From positions 32,001 to 96,000 of the forward strand of contig CAVWIH010000033.1 of NCBI GenBank assembly GCA_963755025.1: a DNA stretch of 64,000 bases, in the 5' to 3' direction. The position numbers and the translations under genes were made by a program. Within the stretch, counting starts at the first letter, position 1. Each line of letters starts with the position of its first letter. The notes beneath the pieces were generated by a model, which saw only the letters and a program-made list of their open reading frames with translations, was not told where the DNA came from and ran no database searches. Of this stretch, positions 38,804-50,334 are shown one piece after another. The stretch is from an uncultured Actinomycetes bacterium. Lineage in GTDB: Bacteria > Actinomycetota > Thermoleophilia > UBA2241.

Positions 38804-39736
38804 ATGGCCCTGGCTCACACGCCGGTCCTCCTCGATGAGCTCGTAGACCTGCTCAAGCCGGCTGCCGGCGAGACCGCGTTCGACGCCACGTTCGGCGCGG
38901 GCGGCCACGCCGCCGCCGTCGCTGCGCGCCTCGGCGCCGACGGCCTGCTGATCGCCTGCGACCGCGACCCCAGCGTCGCCGAGTACTTCCGCGACCTCGC
39001 CCGCGAGGCGCCGTGCCGCACCGAGCTCTTCCACGGCAACTTCGCCGAGGTGCTGGCCGAGCGCCCCGACGCCTCGGTCGACATCGTCTACATGGACCTC
39101 GGCGTCTCGTCGATGCAGCTCGACCGCCGCGAGCGCGGCTTCTCGTATGCCTGGGACGCGCCGCTCGACATGCGCATGGACCCGTCGCAGGGCGTCACCG
39201 CCGCCGACCTCGTCAACACGCTCTCGGTCGACGAGCTCACCGACGTCTTCCGCCGCTACGGCGAGGAGCGCTACGCGCACGACATCGCGCGGCGCATCGA
39301 ACGCCAGCGCGCCAAGCAGCCCTTCGAGACGACCGGGCAGCTCGTCGACGTGATCAAGTGCGCCATCCCCACGCCGGCCCGCTTCGCCGCCGGCAACCCG
39401 GCGCGCCGCGTGTTTCAGGCGCTGCGCATCGTGGTCAACAACGAGCTCGAGTCGCTGGCTCGCGGCCTCGAAGAGGCCTATCGCGTGCTGCGACCCGGCG
39501 GCCGCATGGCGGCGATCTCGTTCCACTCGCTCGAAGACCGCACCGTCAAGGAGTTCTTCAAGGGCCACGCGGCCGGCTGCATCTGCCCGCCCGGCCTGCC
39601 GATCTGCGTCTGCGGCCACGAGCCGACCATGCGCGTCCTCACCAGGAGGCCGGTGACCCCGCGCGAGCGCGAGATCGAAAGCAACCGCGCGCGCAAGGCG
39701 GCCAAGCTGCGCGCGGCGGTCAAGCTGGGGGTCTGA
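38804..39736 (+). CDS. rsmH: 16S rRNA m4C1402 methyltransferase
   Basis: HTPVLL, DATFGAGGHA, DLGVSSMQLD, FHSLEDR. Confidence 0.97.
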   Translation: MALAHTPVLLDELVDLLKPAAGETAFDATFGAGGHAAAVAARLGADGLLIACDRDPSVAEYFRDLAREAPCRTELFHGNFAEVLAERPDASVDIVYMDLGVSSMQLDRRERGFSYAWDAPLDMRMDPSQGVTAADLVNTLSVDELTDVFRRYGEERYAHDIARRIERQRAKQPFETTGQLVDVIKCAIPTPARFAAGNPARRVFQALRIVVNNELESLARGLEEAYRVLRPGGRMAAISFHSLEDRTVKEFFKGHAAGCICPPGLPICVCGHEPTMRVLTRRPVTPREREIESNRARKAAKLRAAVKLGV

Positions 39737-39739
39737 GGC

Positions 39740-40161
39740 ATGGCCGCCGCGGGCGCGCTCGGCGCGAACACTCCCGGCGCCCGAACGCGAGACCCAGGCG
39801 CGCCCTGTCGCCGCCCCGCAACGCCGCCCGGGCGCCGCCCGGCGGCCGCGCGCCGACCGCGGTCCCTCAGCGGCGGCTCTCGTGTTCGGCGTGCTGCTCG
39901 CCATGCTCTGCGGTGGGGCGCGTGGCGCTCAGCTTCGCCGTCGTGCAGAAGAACCCTCGAGACCGACACCGTCGCCGCCAAGTACCACTCGCTGGCCGCC
40001 CAGAACCAGCAGCTCGCCGAGACCGCGGCCAACGCTGTCGTCGGCGCTGGCCGTCCGCAACACGGCCATCGACCGGTACCATCTGATCGTCTCGCCCGAC
40101 GTGCAGTTCATCACCGTGCACTGCCGCGCCACGCCGGAAGACGCAGCCACTGATCGGCGAT
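39740..40161 (+). CDS. FtsL-like cell division protein (frameshifted)
   Basis: Lies between rsmH and ftsI; TM and coiled-coil fragments (LAAQNQQLAE) in different frames. Confidence 0.55.
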
Positions 40162-40204
40162 AGTTCGTGCCGAGCGCGCGGCAACCTCGACTTCGTCGAG
40201 CGTA

Positions 40205-41967
40205 GTGCCCACGGGGCTCGCCAGGGGGAGGCTCGGGCACACGCGGACCGCGCGACGGCGCCGGCCGGCGGCCGTCACGGCGCCGGCCCCGCACCGGCCC
40301 GGCCAAGCGTGCGCCGCACGCTCGACGGGCGCATGCGTCTGTTGCGCGTCGTCTTTCGTGGTCGCCTTCCTGGCGATCGGCGGCAAGGCGGTCGCCCTCA
40401 CCACCGGCGACGGCCAGCTGGCGGCCATCGCCCGCGACCAGCAGGTGCGCACGGTCGTGCTGCCGGCCCACCGTGGCGCCATCCTCGACCGCAACGGCGT
40501 GGCCAGCTTGCCGTCGCCCAGGCCGCCAAGACCGTCTACGCCACGCCCTACATGCTGAACGACCCGCGGACGGCCGCCAAGCGCCTCGCCGCGGTGCTCC
40601 AGCTCAAGTGGCGCCGCGTCTACCGCGCCATCGACGATCCGCAAGAGCGGCTTCGCCTACGTCGACCGCCAGGCCGACGCCGGCTGCTCGCCGACAAGGC
40701 CGACCGCGCTCGGCCTGCCGGGCGTCGCCAGCTACGCCGAAGAGAAGCGCGTCTACCCCCTGAACACGGCGGCCGCCCAGGTCGTGGGCTACGCCGGCAC
40801 CGACGGCCAGGGGCTGGCCGGCATCGAGTACAGTCGACAAGCCGCCCTGGCCGGCACGCGCCGGCCACCAGGTCGTCGTGCAAGACCCCGAAGGCCAGGC
40901 GCTGCAGGTCATCCAGTCGGTGCAGCCCAAGTCGGGCCACGACGTCCGCCTCACGATCGACAACGGCATCCAGCTCATGGCCGACCACGTGCTGGCCACC
41001 ACGGTGCGGGAGTTCCACGCCAAGGGTGGTACGGCGATCGTCGAGAACCCCAGGACCGGCGAGATCTACGCCATCTCCAACGTGCCGCTGGTGAACGCCA
41101 ATCGCTTCGGGGCGTCGCCGGCCCAGCAGGGCAACAAGGCCGTCATCTACAGCTACGAGCCCGGCTCGACCTTCAAGATGGTCACGGTCGCCGGCGCGCT
41201 GTCCGACGGCGTCGTGAACTCGAGCGTCGTTCCTGCTGCCGCCCGCCCTGCGGGTCGGCGACCGCGTCATCCACGACGCCGAGGTAGCGCGGCACGGAGC
41301 GCATGACCGTGGCCGAGATCCTCGCCAAGTCGAGCAACATCGGCGCCGTCACGATCGGCGAGAACGGCTCGGCAAGCAGCGCCTGCTCGACTGGATCGGG
41401 CGCTTCGGCTTCGGCAAGCTCACCGGCATCGACTTTCCCGGCGAGGTGCAGGGCTTCGTGCTGCCCGGCGACAAGTGGTGGTCGTCGACGATCGGCAACG
41501 TGCCCATGGGCCAGGGCATCTCGGTCACGCCCATCCAGATGGTGGCCGCCTACGGGGCCATCGCCAACGGCGGCGTCATGATGACGCCCTACCTCACGGC
41601 CCAGGTCGGCGACCACGTCGTCAAGCACAAGGCGGGCCGCCGCATCGTGAGCGCCGCGGTCGCCGCCGAACTGCGCGCCATGCTGTCCGACGTGGTCGCC
41701 GACGGCACCGGCACGCTCGCCAAGATCCCCGGCTACACCGTCGCCGGCAAGACCGGCACCGCGCAGAAGGCCCTGCCCAACGGCGGCGGCTACTCCACGA
41801 CCAACTACGTCGCCTCGTTCATCGGCATGGTGCCCGCCCGCGATCCGCAGCTCGTGGTCGCGGTGGTGGTCGATCAGCCGCACCCCTACTGGGGCGGCAC
41901 GGTGGCCGCACCCGCCTTCTCGCAGATCGCGGGCTACGCCCTGCAGCGTCTCGAGATCGCTCCGTGA
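40205..41967 (+). CDS. ftsI: Class B PBP FtsI (multiple frameshifts)
   Basis: AHRGAILDRNG, YEPGSTFK, SSN, GQGISVTP, GKTGTAQK across consecutive ORFs. Confidence 0.92.
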
Positions 41968-41998
41968 GGGCGCCTGGTTTCTGGTATCATCGGCCCGC

Positions 41999-43541
41999 AT
42001 GAACCTAGCCGCTCTCGCCTTCGGCCTTGACCCAGGTCGCATCGACGGCGATCCCGACGTCGAGATCGGATCGCTCGCATGCAACACCCGCGACGTCGTC
42101 GCCGGCTCCCTCTTTTTCTGCATCCCCGGGCTGAAGGCCGACGGCCACGACTTCGCCCCCGAGGCGGTCGCGGCCGGCGCCGCGGCCCTCGTGTGCGAGC
42201 GCCCCCTGCCGCTGCCCGTCACCCAGCTCCTCGTGCCCGGCGCGCGGCGCGCCATGGCCCTGCTGTCGGCGCGCTTCTACGGCGAGCCCACCCGCGAGCT
42301 GCGGGTCGCCGCCGTCACCGGCACCAACGGCAAGACGACGACCGCTCACCTGCTGGCCGCCATCCTCGACGCCGCCGGCCTGCGGCCGGCGCTGCTGGGC
42401 ACCGTGGTCAACCGCATCGCCGGCGTCGAGCGCCCCGCCAAGCTGACCACGCCCGAGTCGATCGAGCTGCAGCGCCTCTTTCGCGAGATGGTCGACGGCG
42501 GCGACCTGTCGTGCGTCATGGAGGCTTCGTCGCACGCCCTCGCCCTCGAGCGCACCGCCGGCATCGAGTTCGCCTCGGTCGATCTTCACCAACCTCTCGC
42601 GCGACCACCTCGACTTTCACCCCACGCTCGACCACTACTTCGCCGCCAAGCGCTCGCTCTTTCTGCCCGGCGAGCAGCGCCGCCCGCGGGCGAGCGCGAT
42701 CGTCAACGCAGGCGACGAGCACGGCCGCCTGCTGATCGACGACTGCCGCGCGCCCTACGGCGACGACCTGTGGACCTTCGCGCTGGCCGGCGACGAGCTC
42801 GACGACACGGGCGAGGTCGACTGCCTGGCGGTCGACCTCGAGCTCTCCGCCGAGCGCTCCTCCTTCACGCTGGTCTCGCCGCGCCTCGGCCTGCGCGAGC
42901 CGCTCGCCATAGGCACGCCGGCGCGCTTCAACGTGGCCAACGCCATGGCCGCGGCCACGGCGGCGCTGGCCATGGGCCTGCCGGTCGCGACGGTGCGCGC
43001 GGGGCTCGCCGGCTCGGCCGGCGTGCCGGGGCGCGTCGAGCCCGTGCGCGCCGGTCAGCCCTTCAGCGTGCTGGTCGACTACTCCCACACGCCCGACTCG
43101 CTGGCCAACGTGCTGCGTGCGGTGCGCGCCGTCACCGGCGGCCGCCTGCTCACCGTGTTCGGCTGCGGCGGCGACCGCGACCGCGGCAAGCGCCCGCTCA
43201 TGGGAGCGGTCGCCGCCGACCTCGCCGACTTCGCCGTGCTCACCTCCGACAACCCGCGCAGCGAAGACCCCCTGGCGATCATCGCCGAGGTGGTCGCCGG
43301 CATCCCGCCCGAGCAGCGCGACCACGTCGTGGTCGAACCCGACCGGCGCGCCGCCATCCGCCTGGCGCTGCACGCGGCGCGCCCCGGCGACGGCCTGGTG
43401 ATCGCCGGCAAGGGCCACGAGCCCTACCAGATCCTGGGCGCCGAGACGATCCACTTCGACGACCGCGAGGTCGCCGCCGACGAGCTCGCGCGGCTCGGCT
43501 TCGCCGGCCCCGCGCCGGCCGACGCGAGCGACGCCTCGTGA
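41999..43541 (+). CDS. murE: MurE ligase (frameshift near 42580)
   Basis: TGTNGKTT, TTPES, MEASSH, DYSHTPD, GCGGDRD, DNPR, AGKGHE. Confidence 0.95.
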
Positions 43542-44923
43542 TCCCCCTTACCCTCGAAGCGGTCACGGCCGCCTGCCGCGGCGTGCTCGAAGCCGGCGAC
43601 TCGCAGGCGCTGGCCACCGGCGTGGCCATCGACAGCCGGCAGGTCAAGCCCGGCGACCTGTTCGTGGCGCTGCACGGCGAGGCCTTCGACGGCGGCGACT
43701 TCGCCGCCGAGGCGCTCGGCGCCGGCGCGGTCGCCGTGGTGGTCTCGGCGCGCACGGCGGCCACCCTGCGCGCCGGCGCGCCGCGCATCGTGGTCGACGA
43801 CGGCCAGCAGGCGCTCGGCGACATCGCCGCCGCGGTGCGGCGCCGTTCCGGCGCCGCGGTCGTGGCGATCACCGGCAGCGTCGGCAAGACCTCGACCAAA
43901 GACGTGCTCGCCGCCCTGCTCGCGCCGGTGGCGCGCGTGGTGGCGACCAGCGGCAACTTCAACAACGAGATCGGCGTGCCGCTCACCGTGTTCGAGCTCG
44001 AGCCGAGCACCGAGGTGCTCGTCTGCGAGCTCGCCATGCGCGGCCCCGGCCAGATCGCCCAGCTCGCCGCCATCGTGCGCCCCGACGTGGGCGTCATCAC
44101 CAACATCGCGCCGGTCCACCTTGAGCACGTGGGCAGCATCGAGGGCGTCGCCGCGGCCAAGGCCGAGATCATCGCCGAGGTGGGCAAGGGCGCCCTCGTG
44201 GTGCCCGCCGACGAAGCGCTGCTCGAGCCCCACCTGCGCTACCACACCGGCCGTCTCGTCACCTTCGGCGCCGAGGGCGCCAACGTCTGCGTCGCCGAAG
44301 CGCAGCCGCGCGGCTTCGGCACCCACGCCCTGATCGACGCCTTCGGGCGGCGCGCGGCCTTCGACTTTCCCTTCAGCGGCGGCCACTACCTGCAAGACGC
44401 GCTGGCCGCCATCGCCGCGTTCATCGCCCTGGGCTACACCCTCGAAGAGGCCAAGCCCGGAGCCGCCACCGTGGTGTTCTCGGAGCTGCGCGGCAAGCTC
44501 GAAGAGCTGCCCCGCGGCGGCCTGCTGCTGAACGACGCCTACAACGCCAACCCGCTGTCCATGAAGGCCGCCATCGACCACCTCTGCACGGTGGCCGGCG
44601 AGCGCCCCCGCGTGGCCGTGCTCGGCGACATGTTCGAGCTCGGCTCGGGCGCGTCGGGGTTCCACCGCGAGGTGGGGCGCTACGCCGCCGCCAAGGGCGT
44701 GCGCGTGCTGGCGGTCGGCGTGCTCTCGCGCGACTACCTCACCGCCCCGGGCGGCACGTGGTACCCCACGGTCGAGGAGTGTCTCGCGGCGCTGCCCCAG
44801 GCGATCGCTCCCGGCAGCGCGATCCTCGTCAAGGCGTCGCGCGCCATGCGCCTCGAACGGGTCGCCGAGGCGATCCTTGCCCCGCCGGCTCCGGCCGCGC
44901 CGGCCGGATGCGCCGGCTGCTGA
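43538..44923 (+). CDS. murF: MurF ligase
   Basis: TGSVGKTSTK, NFNNEIGVP, NDAYNANP, GDMFELG, KASR. Confidence 0.95.
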   Translation: MIPLTLEAVTAACRGVLEAGDSQALATGVAIDSRQVKPGDLFVALHGEAFDGGDFAAEALGAGAVAVVVSARTAATLRAGAPRIVVDDGQQALGDIAAAVRRRSGAAVVAITGSVGKTSTKDVLAALLAPVARVVATSGNFNNEIGVPLTVFELEPSTEVLVCELAMRGPGQIAQLAAIVRPDVGVITNIAPVHLEHVGSIEGVAAAKAEIIAEVGKGALVVPADEALLEPHLRYHTGRLVTFGAEGANVCVAEAQPRGFGTHALIDAFGRRAAFDFPFSGGHYLQDALAAIAAFIALGYTLEEAKPGAATVVFSELRGKLEELPRGGLLLNDAYNANPLSMKAAIDHLCTVAGERPRVAVLGDMFELGSGASGFHREVGRYAAAKGVRVLAVGVLSRDYLTAPGGTWYPTVEECLAALPQAIAPGSAILVKASRAMRLERVAEAILAPPAPAAPAGCAGC

Positions 44924-44944
44924 TACCGACGGCGAGGAGCGCTG

Positions 44945-45931
44945 ATGTTCACCGCCCTGGCCGCCGGCATCACCTCGATGGTCGTCATCCTCATCGTCGG
45001 GCCCTGGTTCATCGAGTGGCTGCGCCGCAACGAGTTCGGCCAGACGATCCGCGAAGAGGGCCCCGAGGGTCACAAGACCAAGGCCGGCACGCCGACCATG
45101 GGCGGCGTGCTCATCTGGCTGGCGGTGCTCGTGCCGTTCTTCATCTTCAGCCAGCTCTCGGTGGCCTCGTTCTCGGTGCTCGTGATCGCCCTGGGCTGCG
45201 CCCTGATCGGCTTCGCCGACGACTGGATGAAGATCATCAAGGGCCGCTCGCTGGGGCTCTCGGCGCGCTGGAAGATGCTCCTGCAGCTCATCCTGGGGCT
45301 GCTCGCCGGCTTTATCGCGCTGCACTTCGCCGGCTTAACGACGAGCGTCTCGATCCCCTTCTCGCACTCCCAGTGGCACGTGGGCACGATCGGTTTCTAC
45401 ATCCTGGTCTTCCTCGTGATCTCCGCAGCCAGCAACACCGTCAACCTGACCGACGGCCTCGACGGCCTGGCCGCGGGCAGCGTCGCCATCGTGCTCGTGG
45501 CCTACGCCGGCATCGCCTTCATCATCGGCCGCCACCTGCCCGACCCCGGGCTGCTCGACCTCTCGGTGCTCTCCACCTGCATCGTGGGCGCCTGCCTCGG
45601 CTTTTTGTGGTTCAACACGTTCCCCGCCGACGTGATGATGGGCGACACCGGCTCGCTGGGCCTGGGCGGCGCCATCGCCGGCATGGCGATCCTCACGCGC
45701 ACCGAACTGCTGCTCATCGTCATCGCCGGGCTGTTCGTGCTCGAGGGGCTGTCGGTCATCTTGCAGGTGGCGTCGTTCAAGCTCACGGGCAAGCGCATCT
45801 TCCTGATGGCACCGCTGCACCACCATTTCGAGCTGCTCAACTGGTCGGAGACCAAGGTGATCGTGCGCTTCTGGATCGTGGCGGCGATCTTCGCCGGCCT
45901 CGGCTTTGCGATCTACTACGCGACCTTCTGA
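44945..45931 (+). CDS. mraY: Phospho-MurNAc-pentapeptide transferase
   Basis: KAGTPTMGG, NLTDGLDGLA, MGDTGSL, APLHHHFE. Confidence 0.98.
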   Translation: MFTALAAGITSMVVILIVGPWFIEWLRRNEFGQTIREEGPEGHKTKAGTPTMGGVLIWLAVLVPFFIFSQLSVASFSVLVIALGCALIGFADDWMKIIKGRSLGLSARWKMLLQLILGLLAGFIALHFAGLTTSVSIPFSHSQWHVGTIGFYILVFLVISAASNTVNLTDGLDGLAAGSVAIVLVAYAGIAFIIGRHLPDPGLLDLSVLSTCIVGACLGFLWFNTFPADVMMGDTGSLGLGGAIAGMAILTRTELLLIVIAGLFVLEGLSVILQVASFKLTGKRIFLMAPLHHHFELLNWSETKVIVRFWIVAAIFAGLGFAIYYATF

Positions 45932-45989
45932 CGACCCTCACCTTCGCCTCGAGCGTGCGCGCGTCGTCGCCCTTTTGCCTGCACGCGGA

Positions 45990-46256
45990 GTAGCGGAACA
46001 GTCGGCCGGAGCCGGGTTCGAGTAGCGCTTCAGGGTGACCCTCAAGCACGAGTCGAGGGTGGCTCAGGGAGAGGTCGAGACCCAACGGTGCAGGGTTCGG
46101 CGTCGCGCGCCTGAACCCCCCTCTAACAGCGGCTGGCGTAGGCGCAGCCGCAGGGCCGTCGCCGGCCCGGGCGCAAGGCAGCCGCAAGGCAGCCGCCGGC
46201 CCGGGCGCAAGGCGGGCGGATGGTCGCCCAGGCAGTGCGACGGCACGAGCCGCTGC
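45990..46256 (+). other. Structured intergenic element between mraY and murD (candidate RNA)
   Basis: End-to-end pairing gtagcgg/ccgctgc, several internal hairpins including a GCAA tetraloop, and a 20-bp direct repeat. Confidence 0.5.
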
Positions 46257-46270
46257 AGGAAGGAAGGAAC

Positions 46271-47698
46271 GTGACCGTACCCATCGCCGATCTGCGCTCG
46301 CTGGCCGTACTTGGGCTCGGCCGTTCCGGCCGCGCCGCCGCGCTGCTGGCGCGGCGCGCGCTGCCCGACGCCGCCGTGGCGGCGATCGACGCGAAGCCCG
46401 AGGCCGATCTGGGGACGGCGCCGGCCGAGCTGCGCGCCGCCGGCGCTCACCTGCTGCTCGGCGACGAAGCCGCGCTGCCCGAGGGCGTCGAGCTGCTCGT
46501 CAAGAGCCCCGGCGTGCCGACGAGCTCGCTGGTCGTGATCGCTGCGCTCGAGCGCGGCGTGCCGATCTGGAGCGAGGTCGAGTTCGCCGCGCGCTTTCTC
46601 ACGAACCGCTGGATCGCCATCACCGGCACCAACGGCAAGACCACGACGACCGAGCTCACCGGGCAGATCCTGCGCGACGCGGGGCGCCCGGTCGAGGTGG
46701 CCGGCAACGTCGGCCGGGCGCTCGCCGGCCTGCCCGGCGTGATCGCCCCCGACGCGGTCGTGGTGGCCGAGCTCTCGAGCTTTCAGCTGGAGCACATCGA
46801 ACGCTTCCGGCCCGACGTGGCCGTGCTGCTCAACCTGACCGAGGACCACATCGACCGCCACGGCAGCTACGCCAGCTACATCGACGCCAAGCTGCGCGTC
46901 TTCGAGAACCAGACGCCCGCCGACCTCGCCCTGGTGAACCTCGACGACCCCGACACCGCCGGCATCGCCGCGTCGCTGCCCGGCCGCGGGCGGCGCGGCG
47001 GCTTCTCGCTGGGCGCGCCGGTCGTACCGGTCGGCGCCGCCTTCGCCGCGCTCGCCGGCGTCGCCGACGGCACGCTGTGGCTGCAGGCCGGCGAGGGGCG
47101 CGTCGAACTGTGCCCGGTCGCCGCGCTCGCCCTGAAGGGCGACCACAACGTGGCCAACTCGCTGGCCGCGGCGGCCGCCGCTGCCGCGCTCGGCGTGCCC
47201 GCCGCGAGCATCGCCGCCACCCTGCAGACCTTTCCCGGCGTCGCCCACCGCCTGCAGGTCGTGGGCGAGGTCGGCGGCGTCACCTGGGTGAACGACTCCA
47301 AGGCGACCAACGTCGACGCCGCCGTCAAGGCGCTCACGGCTTACTCCGGCCCGGTCCACATGATCCTCGGCGGCTCGCTCAAGGGCGCCTCGTTCGACCC
47401 GCTGGCCGCGGCCACCGAGGGGCGCGTCAAAGAGGCCATCCTGATCGGCGCCGCGGCCGCCCCGCTGCGCGAGGCCTTCGAGCGTCGCCGCGCCGTGGTG
47501 GGGGAGAGGGCCACGCCCTTCGTCGAGCTGCCCGACCTCGAGGCCGCCGTGGCGCACGCCGCCGCGGTCGCCGTGCCGGGCGACGTCGTGCTGCTCAGCC
47601 CGGCCTGCGCGAGCTTCGACCACTACCGCAACTTCGAGCACCGCGGCGAGCACTTCGCGGCGCTCGTCGCGGCCCTCCGGGAGCGCACCGCGACATGA
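46271..47698 (+). CDS. murD: MurD ligase
   Basis: KSPG, TGTNGKTT, ELSSFQL, NDSKATN, SPACASFD. Confidence 0.97.
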   Translation: MTVPIADLRSLAVLGLGRSGRAAALLARRALPDAAVAAIDAKPEADLGTAPAELRAAGAHLLLGDEAALPEGVELLVKSPGVPTSSLVVIAALERGVPIWSEVEFAARFLTNRWIAITGTNGKTTTTELTGQILRDAGRPVEVAGNVGRALAGLPGVIAPDAVVVAELSSFQLEHIERFRPDVAVLLNLTEDHIDRHGSYASYIDAKLRVFENQTPADLALVNLDDPDTAGIAASLPGRGRRGGFSLGAPVVPVGAAFAALAGVADGTLWLQAGEGRVELCPVAALALKGDHNVANSLAAAAAAAALGVPAASIAATLQTFPGVAHRLQVVGEVGGVTWVNDSKATNVDAAVKALTAYSGPVHMILGGSLKGASFDPLAAATEGRVKEAILIGAAAAPLREAFERRRAVVGERATPFVELPDLEAAVAHAAAVAVPGDVVLLSPACASFDHYRNFEHRGEHFAALVAALRERTAT

Positions 47699-49301
47699 GC
47701 GGCCGCGTGCCCGGGACAAGCAACGAGCCCCAAAGCCCGCACTGGCTCGAGCCGGCGCCCGAGCGCCGCCGCGCCGCCGGGTCGTCTGAGCGCCGCGCCG
47801 CGCCGCGCGACCAGGCGAGCGAACGCGCTGCCTCGCGCGCAACCTCCGCCGAGCGCCGCGCCACGACCGACTCGGCTCGCGAGCGCCGCGCCGCGACCGA
47901 CTCCGCCGCCGAACGCCGCAGCGCCGAGCGCCGCAGCGCCGCGGCTGAGACGCCGGCTGAGCGCCGCGCCGCCGAGCGCCGCGCCGCCGAGCGCCGCGCC
48001 GGGCAGCGCCGCGCCTCCGCGACCGAAGAGCGCTCGCGCTCGGCGCGCGAACCGGCCGATGCGGGGCGCGCCGTCGCCGCCGCCGAGCGGCGCAGCGCAG
48101 CTCGCCGCCGCGCCGCCGTTCCGGGCCTCACCGACCGCGCCGTGCTGCTCACCACGACCTGCCTGCTGCTGCTCTTCGGCCTCGTCATGGCCTACAGCGC
48201 CTCGACCGCCAAGGCCTACTTCGCGTACGGCTCGAGCTGGTACCTGATCGAACGCCAGGCGTTCTTCGCCGTGCTGGGCGTGATCGCCATGATCGTGCTC
48301 GCGCGCGTCGACTACGTGGTCTGGCGGCGCGTCGCCACGCCGCTCTGGGTCTTCGCCCTGCTCAGCCTGCTCGTCGTGCTCGTGCCGGGCATCGGCACCG
48401 AGGTCAACGGCGCGCGCCGCTGGATCATCGTGGCCGGCTTCTCGTACTCGCCGAGCGAGCTCGCCAAGCTCGCCTGCGTCATGCTCGTCGCCGGCCTCGT
48501 CATCAAGCGTCCGGGCGAGATCGCTCACCGCCGGCGGCTTCGTGCGCACCCTCGCTCTGGGCATAGGGCCGGCGGCGGTGCTGATCATGGCCGAACCCGA
48601 CATGGGCACCACCATCATCCTGGTGCTGGCCGTGGTCGCGGTCGTCGTGGCGGCCGGGGCCCGCGTGCGCCACCTGGTCACGGCTCGGCTCGCTGGCGGT
48701 GGCCGCGATCGCCCTCGCCATCGTGGTCGAGCCCTACCGCATGCAGCGCCTGACCTCGTTCGTGAACCCCTGGAAGGACCCGCGCGGCGCCGGCATGCAG
48801 ACCGTGCAGTCGCTCATCTCGATCGCCTCGGGCCACCTGTTCGGCGTGGGTCTGGGCAACTCCATCCAGAAGTTCGGCTTTCTGCCGGAACAGACCACCG
48901 ACTCCATCACAGGTATCATCGGCGAGGAGCTCGGCCTGGTCGGGCTGCTCGTGCTGATCGCCCTGTACGTGGCGCTCGTGTGGACCATCTTCCGCATAGC
49001 GCTGCGCAGCCAGGAGCCCTACGGCAAGCTGCTCGCCGCCGGCATCGGCAGCGCCATCGGCGTGCAGGCCGCCGTCAACATCGGCGCCGCGCTCGGCGTG
49101 CTGCCGCTCACCGGCGTGCCCCTGCCGCTCGTCTCGTTCGGGGGCACCAGTCTCGTCGTCGTCTTAGCGGGCGTCGGCATCGTGGCCAACATCGCAAGCA
49201 ACCGCAGGAGTTACATCGTTGCCAGCACTGAACGACATTCGCGTCCTCGTGGCGGCGGGAGGGACGGGGGGGCATCTCACCCCGGCTCTCGCGGTCGCTG
49301 A
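47695..49301 (+). CDS. ftsW: FtsW with long ERR-repeat N-terminus (frameshifted)
   Basis: NGARRWI, PSELAK, EPDMGT, GEELG, LPLTGVPLPLVSFGG. Confidence 0.93.
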
Positions 49302-50334
49302 CGAGCTCACCGCGCGGGGCGCTCTCGTCACGTTCGTCACCACCCCGTCGCAGCTCGAGCGCGTCGCCGCGCGCTTTCCGGCCTACGCGCTCGCGATGCG
49401 CGGCTTCGAGCGCCGCCTGCTGGCCCGCGAGAACGCCCTCACGCTGTGGCGCCTGGCGGCTGCCGCGCCGCGCTCGTGGGGCATCGTCACGGCGGCGCGG
49501 CCGCAGGTCGCGGTGGGCGGCGGCGGTTACCTGAGCGGACCTGTCGTGGCGGCGGCCGCCCTGCGCCGCGTGCCGTCCCTCGCCATCGAGAGCGACGCCC
49601 ACCTGGGCGTCACCAACCGCCTGCTCTCCGCGGTCGTCTCGCGCGTCTGCCTGAGCTTTCCCATAGAAGGGCGCGAGCCGCCCCGCTTCGTGCTCACCGG
49701 ACGGCCCCTGTCGGCCGCGCAGCTCGACGCCGACGCCGCATCGGGCCGCGCCGCCTTTGGCCTTCGCCCTGCGCAGCCGGTGGTCCTTGTCTTCGGCGGC
49801 AGCCAGGGCGCGCAGAGCCTGAACCGCGCCTGCCTCGAGGCCTTCGGCACGGGGCCGCTCGCGCTGCAGGTGCTGCACGTCTGCGGGCCGCGCCACTTCG
49901 ACGAGATGACGGCGGCGCTCGCCGCGCGCGGCGCCGACGTTGAGCACTACCGTCTGCTGCCCTACACTGACGATCTGGCGCACGCCATGGCCGCGGCCGA
50001 CCTGGTCGTCGGTCGCGCCGGCGGTTCGGTCGCCGAGATCGCGGCCCTTGGGCGGCCCGCCGTCCTGGTCCCCTATCCCTTCGCCACCGCCGATCACCAG
50101 AGCAAGAACGCGGCCTTCATGGCCGCCGCGGGAGCCGCCGTCGTGGTCGCCGACGCCGACTTGAGCGGAGCGCTGCTGGGCCGCCTGGTCGGCGAGCTGC
50201 TGGGCGACGCCACCCGTCTGGCCCGCATGGCGGCCGCCAGCCGGGCGGCCGGTCGTCCCGACGCCACGCAGCGCGTCGCCGACCAGGTCGAGGCGCTGCT
50301 GGCCGGCCCCGAACGAGCGAGGAGTCGAGCGTGA
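49219..50334 (+). CDS. murG: MurG glycosyltransferase
   Basis: GGTGGH, GGSQGA, HQSKNA. Confidence 0.96.
   Translation: MPALNDIRVLVAAGGTGGHLTPALAVADELTARGALVTFVTTPSQLERVAARFPAYALAMRGFERRLLARENALTLWRLAAAAPRSWGIVTAARPQVAVGGGGYLSGPVVAAAALRRVPSLAIESDAHLGVTNRLLSAVVSRVCLSFPIEGREPPRFVLTGRPLSAAQLDADAASGRAAFGLRPAQPVVLVFGGSQGAQSLNRACLEAFGTGPLALQVLHVCGPRHFDEMTAALAARGADVEHYRLLPYTDDLAHAMAAADLVVGRAGGSVAEIAALGRPAVLVPYPFATADHQSKNAAFMAAAGAAVVVADADLSGALLGRLVGELLGDATRLARMAAASRAAGRPDATQRVADQVEALLAGPERARSRA

Noticed and set aside
41999-44923. 974-aa MurE-MurF fusion ORF
   Set aside because: The middle is off-frame low-complexity sequence; the true MurE C-terminus is in another frame ending at 43541, and murF has its own GTG at 43538
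45990-46256. RNase P RNA, group II intron or lysine riboswitch
   Set aside because: No GAGGAAAGUC, no domain V helix, and the lysine riboswitch core motifs are not present in order
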